Below the pieces are notes generated by a model. It was not told the DNA's origin. It saw only the letters and a program-made list of their open reading frames with translations, and did no database searches. This document shows, one piece after another, positions 36,905-44,516 of a DNA stretch of 64,000 nt (its first letter is position 1; the number at the start of each line of letters is the position of its first letter). A program made the translations under genes and the position numbers. The DNA comes from Synergistota bacterium (GTDB lineage Bacteria > Synergistota > Synergistia > Synergistales > 79-D21), in assembly GCA_022839995.1 (NCBI GenBank), contig JALHIN010000008.1:120-64119 (forward strand). The letters are read 5' to 3'.

Positions 36905-37687
36905 ATGAAGCCCTTCAGGGCGGATCTCCACATCCATACCGTTCTTTCTCCCTGTGGCGGTCTTGACATGGGGGCTCCAGAGATCGTAAGCCGTGCCCTT
37001 CAATGCGGACACGGCATGGTTGCGGTGACAGACCACAACACGTGCCGCAATGCAGCTGCCGTGATGAACGCTGCGCGGGGGAAGAACCTGGTTGTTTTTC
37101 CCGGCCTTGAGGTTCAGAGTGCGGAAGACATCCATGCGGTGGTGCTTTTCGGAACACTGGAGGAAGCCCTTGATTATGAAGCCTGGCTATGGGAGGGTTT
37201 TCCCTGCGTCCTGAACAGGCCGGAGCTGTTTGGGGAACAGCTCCTGATCGATGAGGAGGACCGGATCCTCGCGGAGGAACCGGTCCTTTTGGTTCAGGGC
37301 GCGCGGCGCAGCATCGATGATGTCGTTGTCGAGGCAAGGGCCCGAGGTGGGCTGGCTTTCCTGAGCCACATCGACCGTGAGGCCTTCTCGTACCCCGCGG
37401 TCCTTGGCCCGATACCGGCGAATTACCCGGTCGACGCGCTCGAATTGACCTGTAACGCAACCGAAGAAAAGGTCGTGAACTGTAGGAAAGCCTACCCTTT
37501 CCTGCCCCTGATCCGAAATTCAGATGCGCATTCCCTGGACCAGATCACCCCCCGTTGTTCCACGATATTTCTCCTGGAAGAACCGAATTTTCAAAATCTG
37601 CGGCAAGCGTTTCGAGGAGAACGGGGCTGCCGGATTTTGGACCCCTGGAGGGCAGGGGAAGAGCAAACCGATCCGGCAATGGGGTAA
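36905..37687 (+). CDS. PHP-domain (polymerase/histidinol phosphatase family) phosphoesterase
   Basis: ADLHIHTVLSPCG...VAVTDHN...GLEV...SHID...NSDAH metal-ligand motifs. ATG 36905 inside track ORF 36809. Confidence 0.8.
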   Translation: MKPFRADLHIHTVLSPCGGLDMGAPEIVSRALQCGHGMVAVTDHNTCRNAAAVMNAARGKNLVVFPGLEVQSAEDIHAVVLFGTLEEALDYEAWLWEGFPCVLNRPELFGEQLLIDEEDRILAEEPVLLVQGARRSIDDVVVEARARGGLAFLSHIDREAFSYPAVLGPIPANYPVDALELTCNATEEKVVNCRKAYPFLPLIRNSDAHSLDQITPRCSTIFLLEEPNFQNLRQAFRGERGCRILDPWRAGEEQTDPAMG

Positions 37688-37714
37688 AATCAGCGAAGGG
37701 GGGTGTTCGTTTTG

Positions 37715-37915
37715 ATGGAGGAGAAACCCGAAGAGTTCAGTTCGCCGGAAAAGAAACTGCAATGCTGGTGCGGCCGTAAAATGATCCTGATCGAATCGTT
37801 CCCCGATGACGGGACCTTCCGTTATGCCTGTCCCTTGTTCCTCGCCGGGGACACGAGCCACGACCAGCTCCTCAGCGAGGAAGAATTCGTAGAGGAGCCC
37901 GACGAGAAGCGTTAG
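37715..37915 (+). CDS. hypothetical acidic 66-aa protein with CxC...C motif
   Basis: ATG 37715 lies about 9 nt after GAAGGGGGG. Sequence MEEKPEEF...CWCGRKM...YACPLF...EEEFVEEPDEKR. No family recognised, so coding status is uncertain. Confidence 0.35.
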   Translation: MEEKPEEFSSPEKKLQCWCGRKMILIESFPDDGTFRYACPLFLAGDTSHDQLLSEEEFVEEPDEKR

Positions 37916-37919
37916 GAGA

Positions 37920-38444
37920 CTATTGTTTTTTCCTTATGAACCAAAGCGCTGCGTTGTGAACGGAAGCATCAAAGGGGGACGGTTTTTCGGGAATGGCCAT
38001 GGTCGGACCGGTTACTTCCATTCCGTAAAGAGGCAAGGCAGCCCCCAACACTTTGAGTCTTTCCAGGGTCATGGGGCGTACGGATGCCGAAACAAAGATG
38101 ACAGTCGCTTCTCCGAGATCCCCGGACATTCCAGCCACACCGACCCAGTATTCCGCCCCAAGGGGGATCTTTTCCAGGTATTTGCCGGGGGTTGCCCGCC
38201 CATTGATGTCTCTTATCGTGCTCCCGCTTTTCATCCAGACAGGCCACATCCCGAAATCGGCATAGTATAGCATCGCGGCACTTTTCATCGATCGCATGTC
38301 TTCGATAATTCGGGTTGCCTCCGCCTTTGCTGAAACCGAAAAGGAAACGAGCATCAGGGCTCCTGCTAGGATGCCGATGAGAAAGAGTGCGATCAGGGTC
38401 TCCACGAGCGTGAAGGCAAATGCTTTCCTGCCGGGCTTTTTCAT
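37920..38444 (-). CDS. prepilin-type N-terminal cleavage/methylation domain protein (pilin/pseudopilin-like)
   Basis: MKKPGRKAFA|FTLVETLIALFLIGILAG: class III signal peptide with Glu at +5 if cleaved after Ala; about 150-aa globular part. Confidence 0.75.
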   Translation of the reverse strand: MKKPGRKAFAFTLVETLIALFLIGILAGALMLVSFSVSAKAEATRIIEDMRSMKSAAMLYYADFGMWPVWMKSGSTIRDINGRATPGKYLEKIPLGAEYWVGVAGMSGDLGEATVIFVSASVRPMTLERLKVLGAALPLYGMEVTGPTMAIPEKPSPFDASVHNAALWFIRKKQ

Positions 38445-38540
38445 GATTCTCCCACCTTTCCATTCTGGTCGAACCCGTGCTCAACTCGAATCCGCTGAGC
38501 GGGATCAAGGAGGAAGGAACACCGTCCAGGAACCAATTTG

Positions 38541-39359
38541 CTAAACCCACCGATGGAGGACTTTCCCCCCGGCAAAGGTGTATCCGGAACTGAAGCGATA
38601 TCCACCCAGGATCTCGATCGGGGCCAGGGACATGTGTTCCTCCAGGTCTGAGGGGAAGAACGCAAGATTTCCCACTCCATGCCAGGCTTCTTTCCCGAGC
38701 CGGACATTTTGGGCGGGGAGTTCGACCAGCTCAAGAACCGAAGGAGGAGCTCCGGCCTCGATGGAAGGGAAGTGCCGAATGTGAAAGAGCGGTGCTCGAA
38801 GGGGGTAGGGGAGGGTTGCAGGGTCGATTTTTCCCCTGACGAGCATCGTTCCTTCGATGAGCCGTTCCCCGTGGGCGGTGACGTAGCCTTTCAGTTTTGT
38901 CCCCGTTTCGATCGGTCCCATGACCGGGTTGAGCGGATGCGGTTCGCTCATAAAGATTTGCCCCAGGCGCTTGGGGAAGCCCATAAACCAGCCCCGAGCC
39001 ATGGAAAAATCGTTGTCGACCCAGATGTGGAGGCAGATTTGCCCCGGTTTTCCCTCAAACGAACAGCCCGCCCAGATCGCCGCTTCCCGGTACTGGGTCC
39101 TTTCGGGGTTTTCGAAAGCTAGATCCCTTTTCGCGTCCCAGACGGAAGTCCATCGGCTGAAGACCACCGTACAGATGCCCGGTTCGAGAGCCGGTAAAAG
39201 CGGTTCCGGCAAATAGGCGTTGACGGCGTCGGGGTCTGCGCGATAGAGGATGGAAAGGTACTCCGTCCCGTAGTGCCAGGGGAGAGGTCCCACGAGAGAG
39301 GATCTACCCGTTGGGGTGAGAGGGTAGCAGAATCCGTTCAGGTCGGCAATTCGGGTCAT
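38541..39359 (-). CDS. acetoacetate decarboxylase (ADC) family protein
   Basis: GPLPWHYGTEYLSILYRADPDAVNAYLPEPL and HIWVDND...GFPKRLG align by eye with Clostridium Adc ([32 protein letters not shown]; YLDNE...YPKKLG). Confidence 0.75.
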   Translation of the reverse strand: MTRIADLNGFCYPLTPTGRSSLVGPLPWHYGTEYLSILYRADPDAVNAYLPEPLLPALEPGICTVVFSRWTSVWDAKRDLAFENPERTQYREAAIWAGCSFEGKPGQICLHIWVDNDFSMARGWFMGFPKRLGQIFMSEPHPLNPVMGPIETGTKLKGYVTAHGERLIEGTMLVRGKIDPATLPYPLRAPLFHIRHFPSIEAGAPPSVLELVELPAQNVRLGKEAWHGVGNLAFFPSDLEEHMSLAPIEILGGYRFSSGYTFAGGKVLHRWV

Positions 39360-39448
39360 CTTTTTTCCCCTCCGATGCGGACAGGCGCCTTAAAAGAGTG
39401 TATCACAGGATTTTCTATCCCCTCTCCGGGCAATGTTAAGATAATTCC

Positions 39449-39880
39449 ATGGGTAAAAAACGGAAAACCAGGATTGACCTCAACGAAGGGCCAGCCATGC
39501 AGCCTCTGCTGGGTGAAATGCTGCGGGCCAAAGGGCTTGTCCCGGCAGAACCGGAAAGGGAAGAACCTGAGCCGGCCGAAGTTTCGGAGGGGATTTCCCC
39601 GGATCGGATGGATTTCTCGGGGATTCGAAGCATCGTGCTGCAGTTCGAGAAAAAGGGGCACGGGGGCAAGCGCGCGACTCGCGTGTCAGGGTTGCCTTTC
39701 GGAGCCGAAGAACTGGACCGCCTGGCCCGCTTGCTTCGCAAGGAAATGGGGTGCGGGGCCTGGGTGGAGGGGGAGACCCTCCTGCTCCAGGGGAATTTGA
39801 CCGATCGCTTGCGTGACTGGTTTGTAGCAAAAGGCGTAAGGCGAGTCGTACTCTCCGGACGAGGGGGAAACGCAGGATGA
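39449..39880 (+). CDS. yciH: SUI1/eIF1-family translation initiation factor (YciH-like) with N-terminal extension
   Basis: C-terminal 85 aa IVLQFEKKGHGGKRATRVSGL...LARLLRKEMGCGAWVEGETLLLQGNLTDRLRDWFVAKG matches the SUI1 fold pattern. Confidence 0.8.
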   Translation: MGKKRKTRIDLNEGPAMQPLLGEMLRAKGLVPAEPEREEPEPAEVSEGISPDRMDFSGIRSIVLQFEKKGHGGKRATRVSGLPFGAEELDRLARLLRKEMGCGAWVEGETLLLQGNLTDRLRDWFVAKGVRRVVLSGRGGNAG

Positions 39881-40812
39881 GCTTTTTCTCTTTCCAGGAA
39901 AGGGACCTGGAAGAACTTGTCGAAAAGACAAGGCCTTTCGCAGAGGAAGGAAAGGTGGCGACGTACATCCCGGAATTGGCCCGGGGCGACCCAGGCGCCC
40001 TGGCAGTTGCAGCCGTGGACGGAGAAGGATCGAGGATTGTTGCAGGTGACCGGGATCTCCGGTTTACCATGCAGTCCATTTCGAAGGTCGTTTCGCTCGC
40101 CCTCGCGCTCTTGGAGTTCGGCGAAAAGGCGGTTTTCGGTAAAGTGGGGATGGATCCCACGGCTGACCCTTTCAACTCCGTCATGCGGCTGGAAATGGTC
40201 CGTCCGCATCGGCCGCAAAACCCCTTGATCAACGCCGGTGCGATCGTCGTGGACTCCATGCTTCTCGCCAAGGGGGCGGACGAGGCGTTCAACTCGGTCC
40301 GGGAGATGGCGAGGAGCTTGACGGGTAATCCCGGGATCCGGGAAAACGAGGCGGTCTATCTTTCCGAGAAACGAACGGGAGACCGCAATCGTTCCCTGGC
40401 CTACTTCCTGAAGAGCGTCAAAACCATCCGCGGAGATGTCGAAGAAATCCTGGATGTCTATTTCAGGCAGTGCAGCCTGGAGGTGACCGTATCGGATCTG
40501 GCCGTTCTTGCTGGAACGATCGCACTTGACGGAAGGAATCCGCTGACGGGAGAAAAGGTGCTTCCCGGGAAAATATGCAGGATCCTGAGGGCGCTGATGG
40601 CCACCTGTGGGCTTTACGACGGTTCAGGGGAGTTCGCCGTCCGGGTCGGCATTCCGGCGAAAAGCGGGGTTGGAGGGGGCATCATCGCCACCGTTCCGGG
40701 TATTATGGGAATTGCAGTCTGCGGTCCCGCACTGGATCACCAGGGGAATTCCATCGCAGGAATCGCGCTTCTTGAATGCATGTCCGAGCGATTCGGCCTG
40801 AGGGTTTTATAG
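39877..40812 (+). CDS. glsA: glutaminase A
   Basis: GKVATYIPELA, QSISKV (catalytic Ser-x-x-Lys), NPLINAGAI, PAKSGVGGGI canonical glutaminase motifs; ATGA overlap with yciH. Confidence 0.93.
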   Translation: MSFFSFQERDLEELVEKTRPFAEEGKVATYIPELARGDPGALAVAAVDGEGSRIVAGDRDLRFTMQSISKVVSLALALLEFGEKAVFGKVGMDPTADPFNSVMRLEMVRPHRPQNPLINAGAIVVDSMLLAKGADEAFNSVREMARSLTGNPGIRENEAVYLSEKRTGDRNRSLAYFLKSVKTIRGDVEEILDVYFRQCSLEVTVSDLAVLAGTIALDGRNPLTGEKVLPGKICRILRALMATCGLYDGSGEFAVRVGIPAKSGVGGGIIATVPGIMGIAVCGPALDHQGNSIAGIALLECMSERFGLRVL

Positions 40813-40847
40813 GTTCCGCAGAGGGGGGCAGCCCCCTCTACGGAACC
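40812..40847. terminator. GC-rich hairpin between convergent glsA and rbr (no clear U-tract)
   Basis: GGTTCCGCAGAGGGGG(G)-CAG-CCCCCTCTACGGAACC, 16 bp with one mismatch; starts in the glsA stop codon. Confidence 0.5.
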
Positions 40848-40856
40848 GGTGAAGGG

Positions 40857-41351
40857 CTAGTCGATTTTCCGGTAGGCCTGTTTCTTGGCCCCGCAAATCG
40901 GGCAGCTTTCCGGGGCCTCTCCTTCCGCGATGTGTCCGCAAACGGTGCAGAGGAAAAGGTCGGTGGTTTCACCGCTGTGGAGGGTTTGCAGGGCCTTCTC
41001 GTAGAGGTGTGCGTGAACCGCTTCCGCCTTCCCGACAAGCTCCAGTTTCCTCGCTACCGTCCCTGCGCTTTCCTGCTTTGCAGTTTCTACAAAATCCGGG
41101 TACATCCTGGTAAACTCGTACGTTTCTCCTTCAATGGCTGCCTTGAGATTTTCTTCGGTAGTACGGATCATGCCCAGGGCCTTGAGATGGTCGATCGCAT
41201 GGATCGTTTCCGCTTCGGCAGCTGCCCTGAAAAGCTTCGCTGCCTGGTGGAACCCCTCTGCCTCCGCCTGGCGGGCAAAAGCAAGATACTTTCGGTTTGC
41301 CATGGACTCTCCCGCAAAAGCTTCCTTCAGGTTCTCCTCGGTCTTTTTCAT
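40857..41351 (-). CDS. rbr: rubrerythrin
   Basis: TEENLKEAFAGESMANRKYLAFA...EAETIHA diiron four-helix motifs plus C-terminal CTVCG...CPICG rubredoxin domain. Confidence 0.95.
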   Translation of the reverse strand: MKKTEENLKEAFAGESMANRKYLAFARQAEAEGFHQAAKLFRAAAEAETIHAIDHLKALGMIRTTEENLKAAIEGETYEFTRMYPDFVETAKQESAGTVARKLELVGKAEAVHAHLYEKALQTLHSGETTDLFLCTVCGHIAEGEAPESCPICGAKKQAYRKID

Positions 41352-41379
41352 CTGCGAAAAAACCCCCCTCTTCTTGAAA

Positions 41380-41394
41380 TTAGAATCATTATAA
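41380..41394 (-). promoter_or_regulatory. PerR/Fur-family 7-1-7 operator-like inverted repeat overlapping the rbr -10
   Basis: Minus strand TTATAATGATTCTAA versus Bacillus PerR-box consensus TTATAATNATTATAA (one mismatch). Confidence 0.55.
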
Positions 41395-41416
41395 ATAAAA
41401 CCAGTCTAGGATGCAA
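41388..41416 (-). promoter_or_regulatory. sigma-70/SigA-type promoter of rbr (TTGCAT-17-TATAAT)
   Basis: Minus strand: TTGCAT (41416-41411), 17-nt spacer, TATAAT (41393-41388); about 37 nt upstream of the rbr ATG. Confidence 0.75.
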
Positions 41417-41432
41417 TGTCGGAAAAACCGCT

Positions 41433-42488
41433 TTAACCGAAGAGAGAATTCAGGCCCTGCAGGAGCAGCTCAAGATCCGAGTCCTTGCCTTTCCGGGGAA
41501 GGGGCAGGCCGACCGTTTCTTCCCCAAGGAGGTAGGCAAAACGACAGGAGAAACGAAGGGCAGGATTCAGCCGCCAGAGGGAGGGACACTCGTATCCCAA
41601 CTCGCGGAAAAGCGATTGGATCCTTGCCGCATGAAAAGGGGTACGAACGGGAATCACGAGAGGCACCGCCTCCTTTGTAAGACATGGAAAAAGCGGACGA
41701 ATTCCATTCTCCTGGATGGCCGGTTTCGCCAGGAATTCCAGGAAGAGCTTCCCGAAATGCCTTCTTCGGCGGACCTCTTCCAGGAAAGGTTCCGCATTCA
41801 GCTTTTCCCAGGAAGTGTAAGACGGGGAGCGGGGTGGGGACGAAAAAGAGGCTTCCAAATCCCTTTCCACCTCTTCGAGGGCCGAGAGACCTTCCTCGAA
41901 AGCTCCCTCTTCAATGCACCGAAACCCCTTCTCCCTGTTTCCCGCCAGCCGGGAATCGGCGGGGGCCAGATCGGGCCGGATCGCAAACCGAGTAACCAAA
42001 GCGCCTCCATCCGGGATCGGGAAAAATTTCCGAAAGCTGAAAAGGGCAAAGTCTCCCACGAACCCGACGTTTCCGTTCAGCGAGGCGCCTGCACAGTCCT
42101 CGATCAGAAGAGGACGGTTCTGCGGGGGTCTTGAACGGAACCAGCCAAGTGCCCCGGTGTTGGTGAAGCCGAAGTAATGGATGATCAGCAAAAGATCTCC
42201 CGTTGAAGGGCCAGGATTCGGGAAAACCGGCTTGAAGCCGGAGCTGTTCTCGTAGAAACGGAGACGGATTCCGGCTCTCCTGAAAACCTGGGGAAGAGAA
42301 GGGCAGGAATACGCCGGGAGCCAGGCCGTTCCTGAAAACCCCTGCCCGGCAAGATGCCGAAGGACAAGAATCAGGGCAGACCTCCCGCTGTCCGTCGGAA
42401 TGGCGATTCTGCCGACTCTTTCGAACCGGGCAAGGAACGGGTCGACTCCTCCTTTTCCGGGACCAGGGGCGAAGCTTCGACTGTCCAT
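41433..42488 (-). CDS. DegT/DnrJ/EryC1/StrS-like PLP-dependent aminotransferase-fold protein (divergent)
   Basis: TDSGRSALILVLRHL, LPAYSCPSL, LIEDCAGA, GDFALFSFRKFFPIPDGGAL follow the family layout, including a candidate PLP Lys in SFRK. Assigned by eye only. Confidence 0.5.
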   Translation of the reverse strand: MDSRSFAPGPGKGGVDPFLARFERVGRIAIPTDSGRSALILVLRHLAGQGFSGTAWLPAYSCPSLPQVFRRAGIRLRFYENSSGFKPVFPNPGPSTGDLLLIIHYFGFTNTGALGWFRSRPPQNRPLLIEDCAGASLNGNVGFVGDFALFSFRKFFPIPDGGALVTRFAIRPDLAPADSRLAGNREKGFRCIEEGAFEEGLSALEEVERDLEASFSSPPRSPSYTSWEKLNAEPFLEEVRRRRHFGKLFLEFLAKPAIQENGIRPLFPCLTKEAVPLVIPVRTPFHAARIQSLFRELGYECPSLWRLNPALRFSCRFAYLLGEETVGLPLPRKGKDSDLELLLQGLNSLFG

Positions 42489-42541
42489 GGGGATATCATA
42501 TCTCTCAAGGCTGCCTGTGAAACAAAGGTGAGGATTTGAAG

Positions 42542-43117
42542 ATGGAGAAGGCCTTTGACCGGATCGCGCCGTACTACGACCGATGGATCGGTCGGTTCAT
42601 GTCCGACCGAATGGATCGGATGGTTGAGATGCTCGCGTGCTCGCCCGAAGAGACCGTCCTGGACCTGGGGGGAGGAACCGGGCTTTTTGCCCGGAAGCTG
42701 GTGGGGCGTTGCCGGGAAGTCCACCTCCTTGACGAAAGCCTGCCGATGATCCAAAGCGGGGCGAGCGACAGGATCCTCGCCCGGGAAGGAGATGCAACCC
42801 GAACGGGTTACCCGGATCGTTCGTTTGACGCAATCGTCCTGTCGGACGTCATGCACCATATTCGGGAGCAGGAACTTCTTTTGCTTGAAGTCTGCAGGCT
42901 TCTGAAACCAGGGGGGCGACTCCTGGTCAACGAGATCGACCGGGAGAAGTTCCTGGGGTCCCTTGTTGGAAAGCTGGAAGCTTTTTTCATCCCTCCGGTA
43001 TTCCCCGTCGGGTTTCTCGAACTTTCGAAATCGCTGGATCGCCACGGCTTCATTCTCTTGGCGAAGCAACAGGACGCCTGGAGTTTCGTCGCGATTTGGA
43101 GAAGCATCGAGGGTTAG
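42542..43117 (+). CDS. class I SAM-dependent methyltransferase
   Basis: VLDLGGGTGLFA motif I, LLKPGGRLLV motif. ATG 42542 after GGTGAGGA (track start 42536 is TTG). Confidence 0.8.
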   Translation: MEKAFDRIAPYYDRWIGRFMSDRMDRMVEMLACSPEETVLDLGGGTGLFARKLVGRCREVHLLDESLPMIQSGASDRILAREGDATRTGYPDRSFDAIVLSDVMHHIREQELLLLEVCRLLKPGGRLLVNEIDREKFLGSLVGKLEAFFIPPVFPVGFLELSKSLDRHGFILLAKQQDAWSFVAIWRSIEG

Positions 43118-43740
43118 CAGGTCGTGCTGCGATGTCGCCTCCGCAATTCCCCCAGGACGTCCAGGGGTTTCAGGTCCAACGAAATCAGGGCAACGAGTAG
43201 GTGGTAAAGCAGGTCCGCAGCCTCGTAGCGGGTGTTCTCCCGATCCTTGAGGGCTACCGCCAGGGCGGTCTCCACCCCTTCTTCACCGACCTTCTGCGCG
43301 ATTCGGGAAGCTCCTTCCTGAAGGAGGCGGGCCGTATAGCTCTCTTCCGGGGGGGCGAAGCGCCTTTCAAGGAGGCATCTCCACAATCGCCCCCAGAAGG
43401 TGCAGTCGGTTCCTCCCTCACCCCAAAGGGACCTGTAGAAGCAGGTCCTTTGGCCCGTGTGACACGCGGGACCAGCGGGTTCCACGAGGGCAAGCAGGGT
43501 GTCCCCGTCGCAGTCGATTTTCATTTCCACGACATGCATGGTGTTGCCGCTCGTTTCTCCTTTTTTCCAGAGGCAGTTCCGGGATCGGCTGAAAAGGGTC
43601 AACTCTCCCGACAGTTCCGTTTTTTCCAGGGCTTCCCTGTTCGCCCAGGCCACCATGAGGACTTCGCCCGATTCGCAATCCTGCACGACGACCGGGACTA
43701 GGCCGGTTGAATCGAAATGGACTTGATCCAGAATGCTCAT
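43114..43740 (-). CDS. hisIE: bifunctional phosphoribosyl-AMP cyclohydrolase / phosphoribosyl-ATP pyrophosphatase
   Basis: GLVPVVVQD...SRSRNCLWKKGETSGN...DCDGD (HisI) then ARLLQEG...KVGEE..E (HisE). Confidence 0.93.
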   Translation of the reverse strand: MSILDQVHFDSTGLVPVVVQDCESGEVLMVAWANREALEKTELSGELTLFSRSRNCLWKKGETSGNTMHVVEMKIDCDGDTLLALVEPAGPACHTGQRTCFYRSLWGEGGTDCTFWGRLWRCLLERRFAPPEESYTARLLQEGASRIAQKVGEEGVETALAVALKDRENTRYEAADLLYHLLVALISLDLKPLDVLGELRRRHRSTTC

Positions 43741-44516
43741 CTTGATTTTGCCTCCTCGTCCTTGATTCGAACCGGAACCTTTGCGTCCGCCAGCTCTTTC
43801 TTGACTTTTCGGATCGACAGGATCCCGTAATGAAAAATGGAAGCTGCCAGCGCCGCATCCGCACCGGCCTCTAAGGCAAGGCGAATATCTTCCGCCGATC
43901 CGGCTCCTCCGGACGCGATCAGCGGAACCGGTGCGGCTTCGGATACGGCGCGGATCAGATCAAGATCGTACCCCTCGTTTGTCCCGTCCCGATCCATGCT
44001 GGTCAGGAGAATTTCGCCGCATCCGAGACGCACTCCTTCACGGGCCCAAACCACCACGTCGATTCCCGTGGGGGTTCGCCCCCCTTCGATAAGGACCTCC
44101 CAGCGGCCGTCAGTCTTGCGTTTGGCATCGATGGCCAGAACGACGGCCTGCCTGCCGAGATTTCGGGCGCAATCCCGGATCAGGCTGGGGTCCCGTACAG
44201 CAGCGGTATTCAGCGAGACCTTGTCCGCACCGATCGCGACGAGTTGCCGGGCCTCTTCAGCAGTGGAGATGCCCCCTCCTACGGTAAAGGGGATGAAGAG
44301 GCGCTCTGCCACTGCCCTAACCCAATCGGTCATTGTCCGGCGCCTCTCCTGCGAAGCGGAAATGTCCAGGAATACGAGTTCATCCGCGCCTTCCTCCATG
44401 TATGCTGCGGCAAGTTCCGCGGGATCTCCCGCATCCCTGAGGTCCCGGAAACGGATTCCCTTTACGACCCGCCCCCCCTTGATGTCAAGGCAAGGGATGA
44501 TTCGTTTCATCAGCAA
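43737..44516 (-). CDS. hisF: imidazole glycerol phosphate synthase cyclase subunit
   Basis: KRIIPCLDIKGGRVVKG...ADELVFLDI...GGGI...ASGGAG canonical HisF. Confidence 0.96.
   Translation of the reverse strand: MLMKRIIPCLDIKGGRVVKGIRFRDLRDAGDPAELAAAYMEEGADELVFLDISASQERRRTMTDWVRAVAERLFIPFTVGGGISTAEEARQLVAIGADKVSLNTAAVRDPSLIRDCARNLGRQAVVLAIDAKRKTDGRWEVLIEGGRTPTGIDVVVWAREGVRLGCGEILLTSMDRDGTNEGYDLDLIRAVSEAAPVPLIASGGAGSAEDIRLALEAGADAALAASIFHYGILSIRKVKKELADAKVPVRIKDEEAKSR

Noticed and set aside
36905-37687. PHP protein as the missing histidinol phosphatase of the his pathway
   Set aside because: It is 5.4 kb from the his operon on the other strand and tightly coupled to the DRTGG/kinase/hydrogenase-like genes, so a role in the module is more parsimonious. 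It cannot be excluded without phylogeny.
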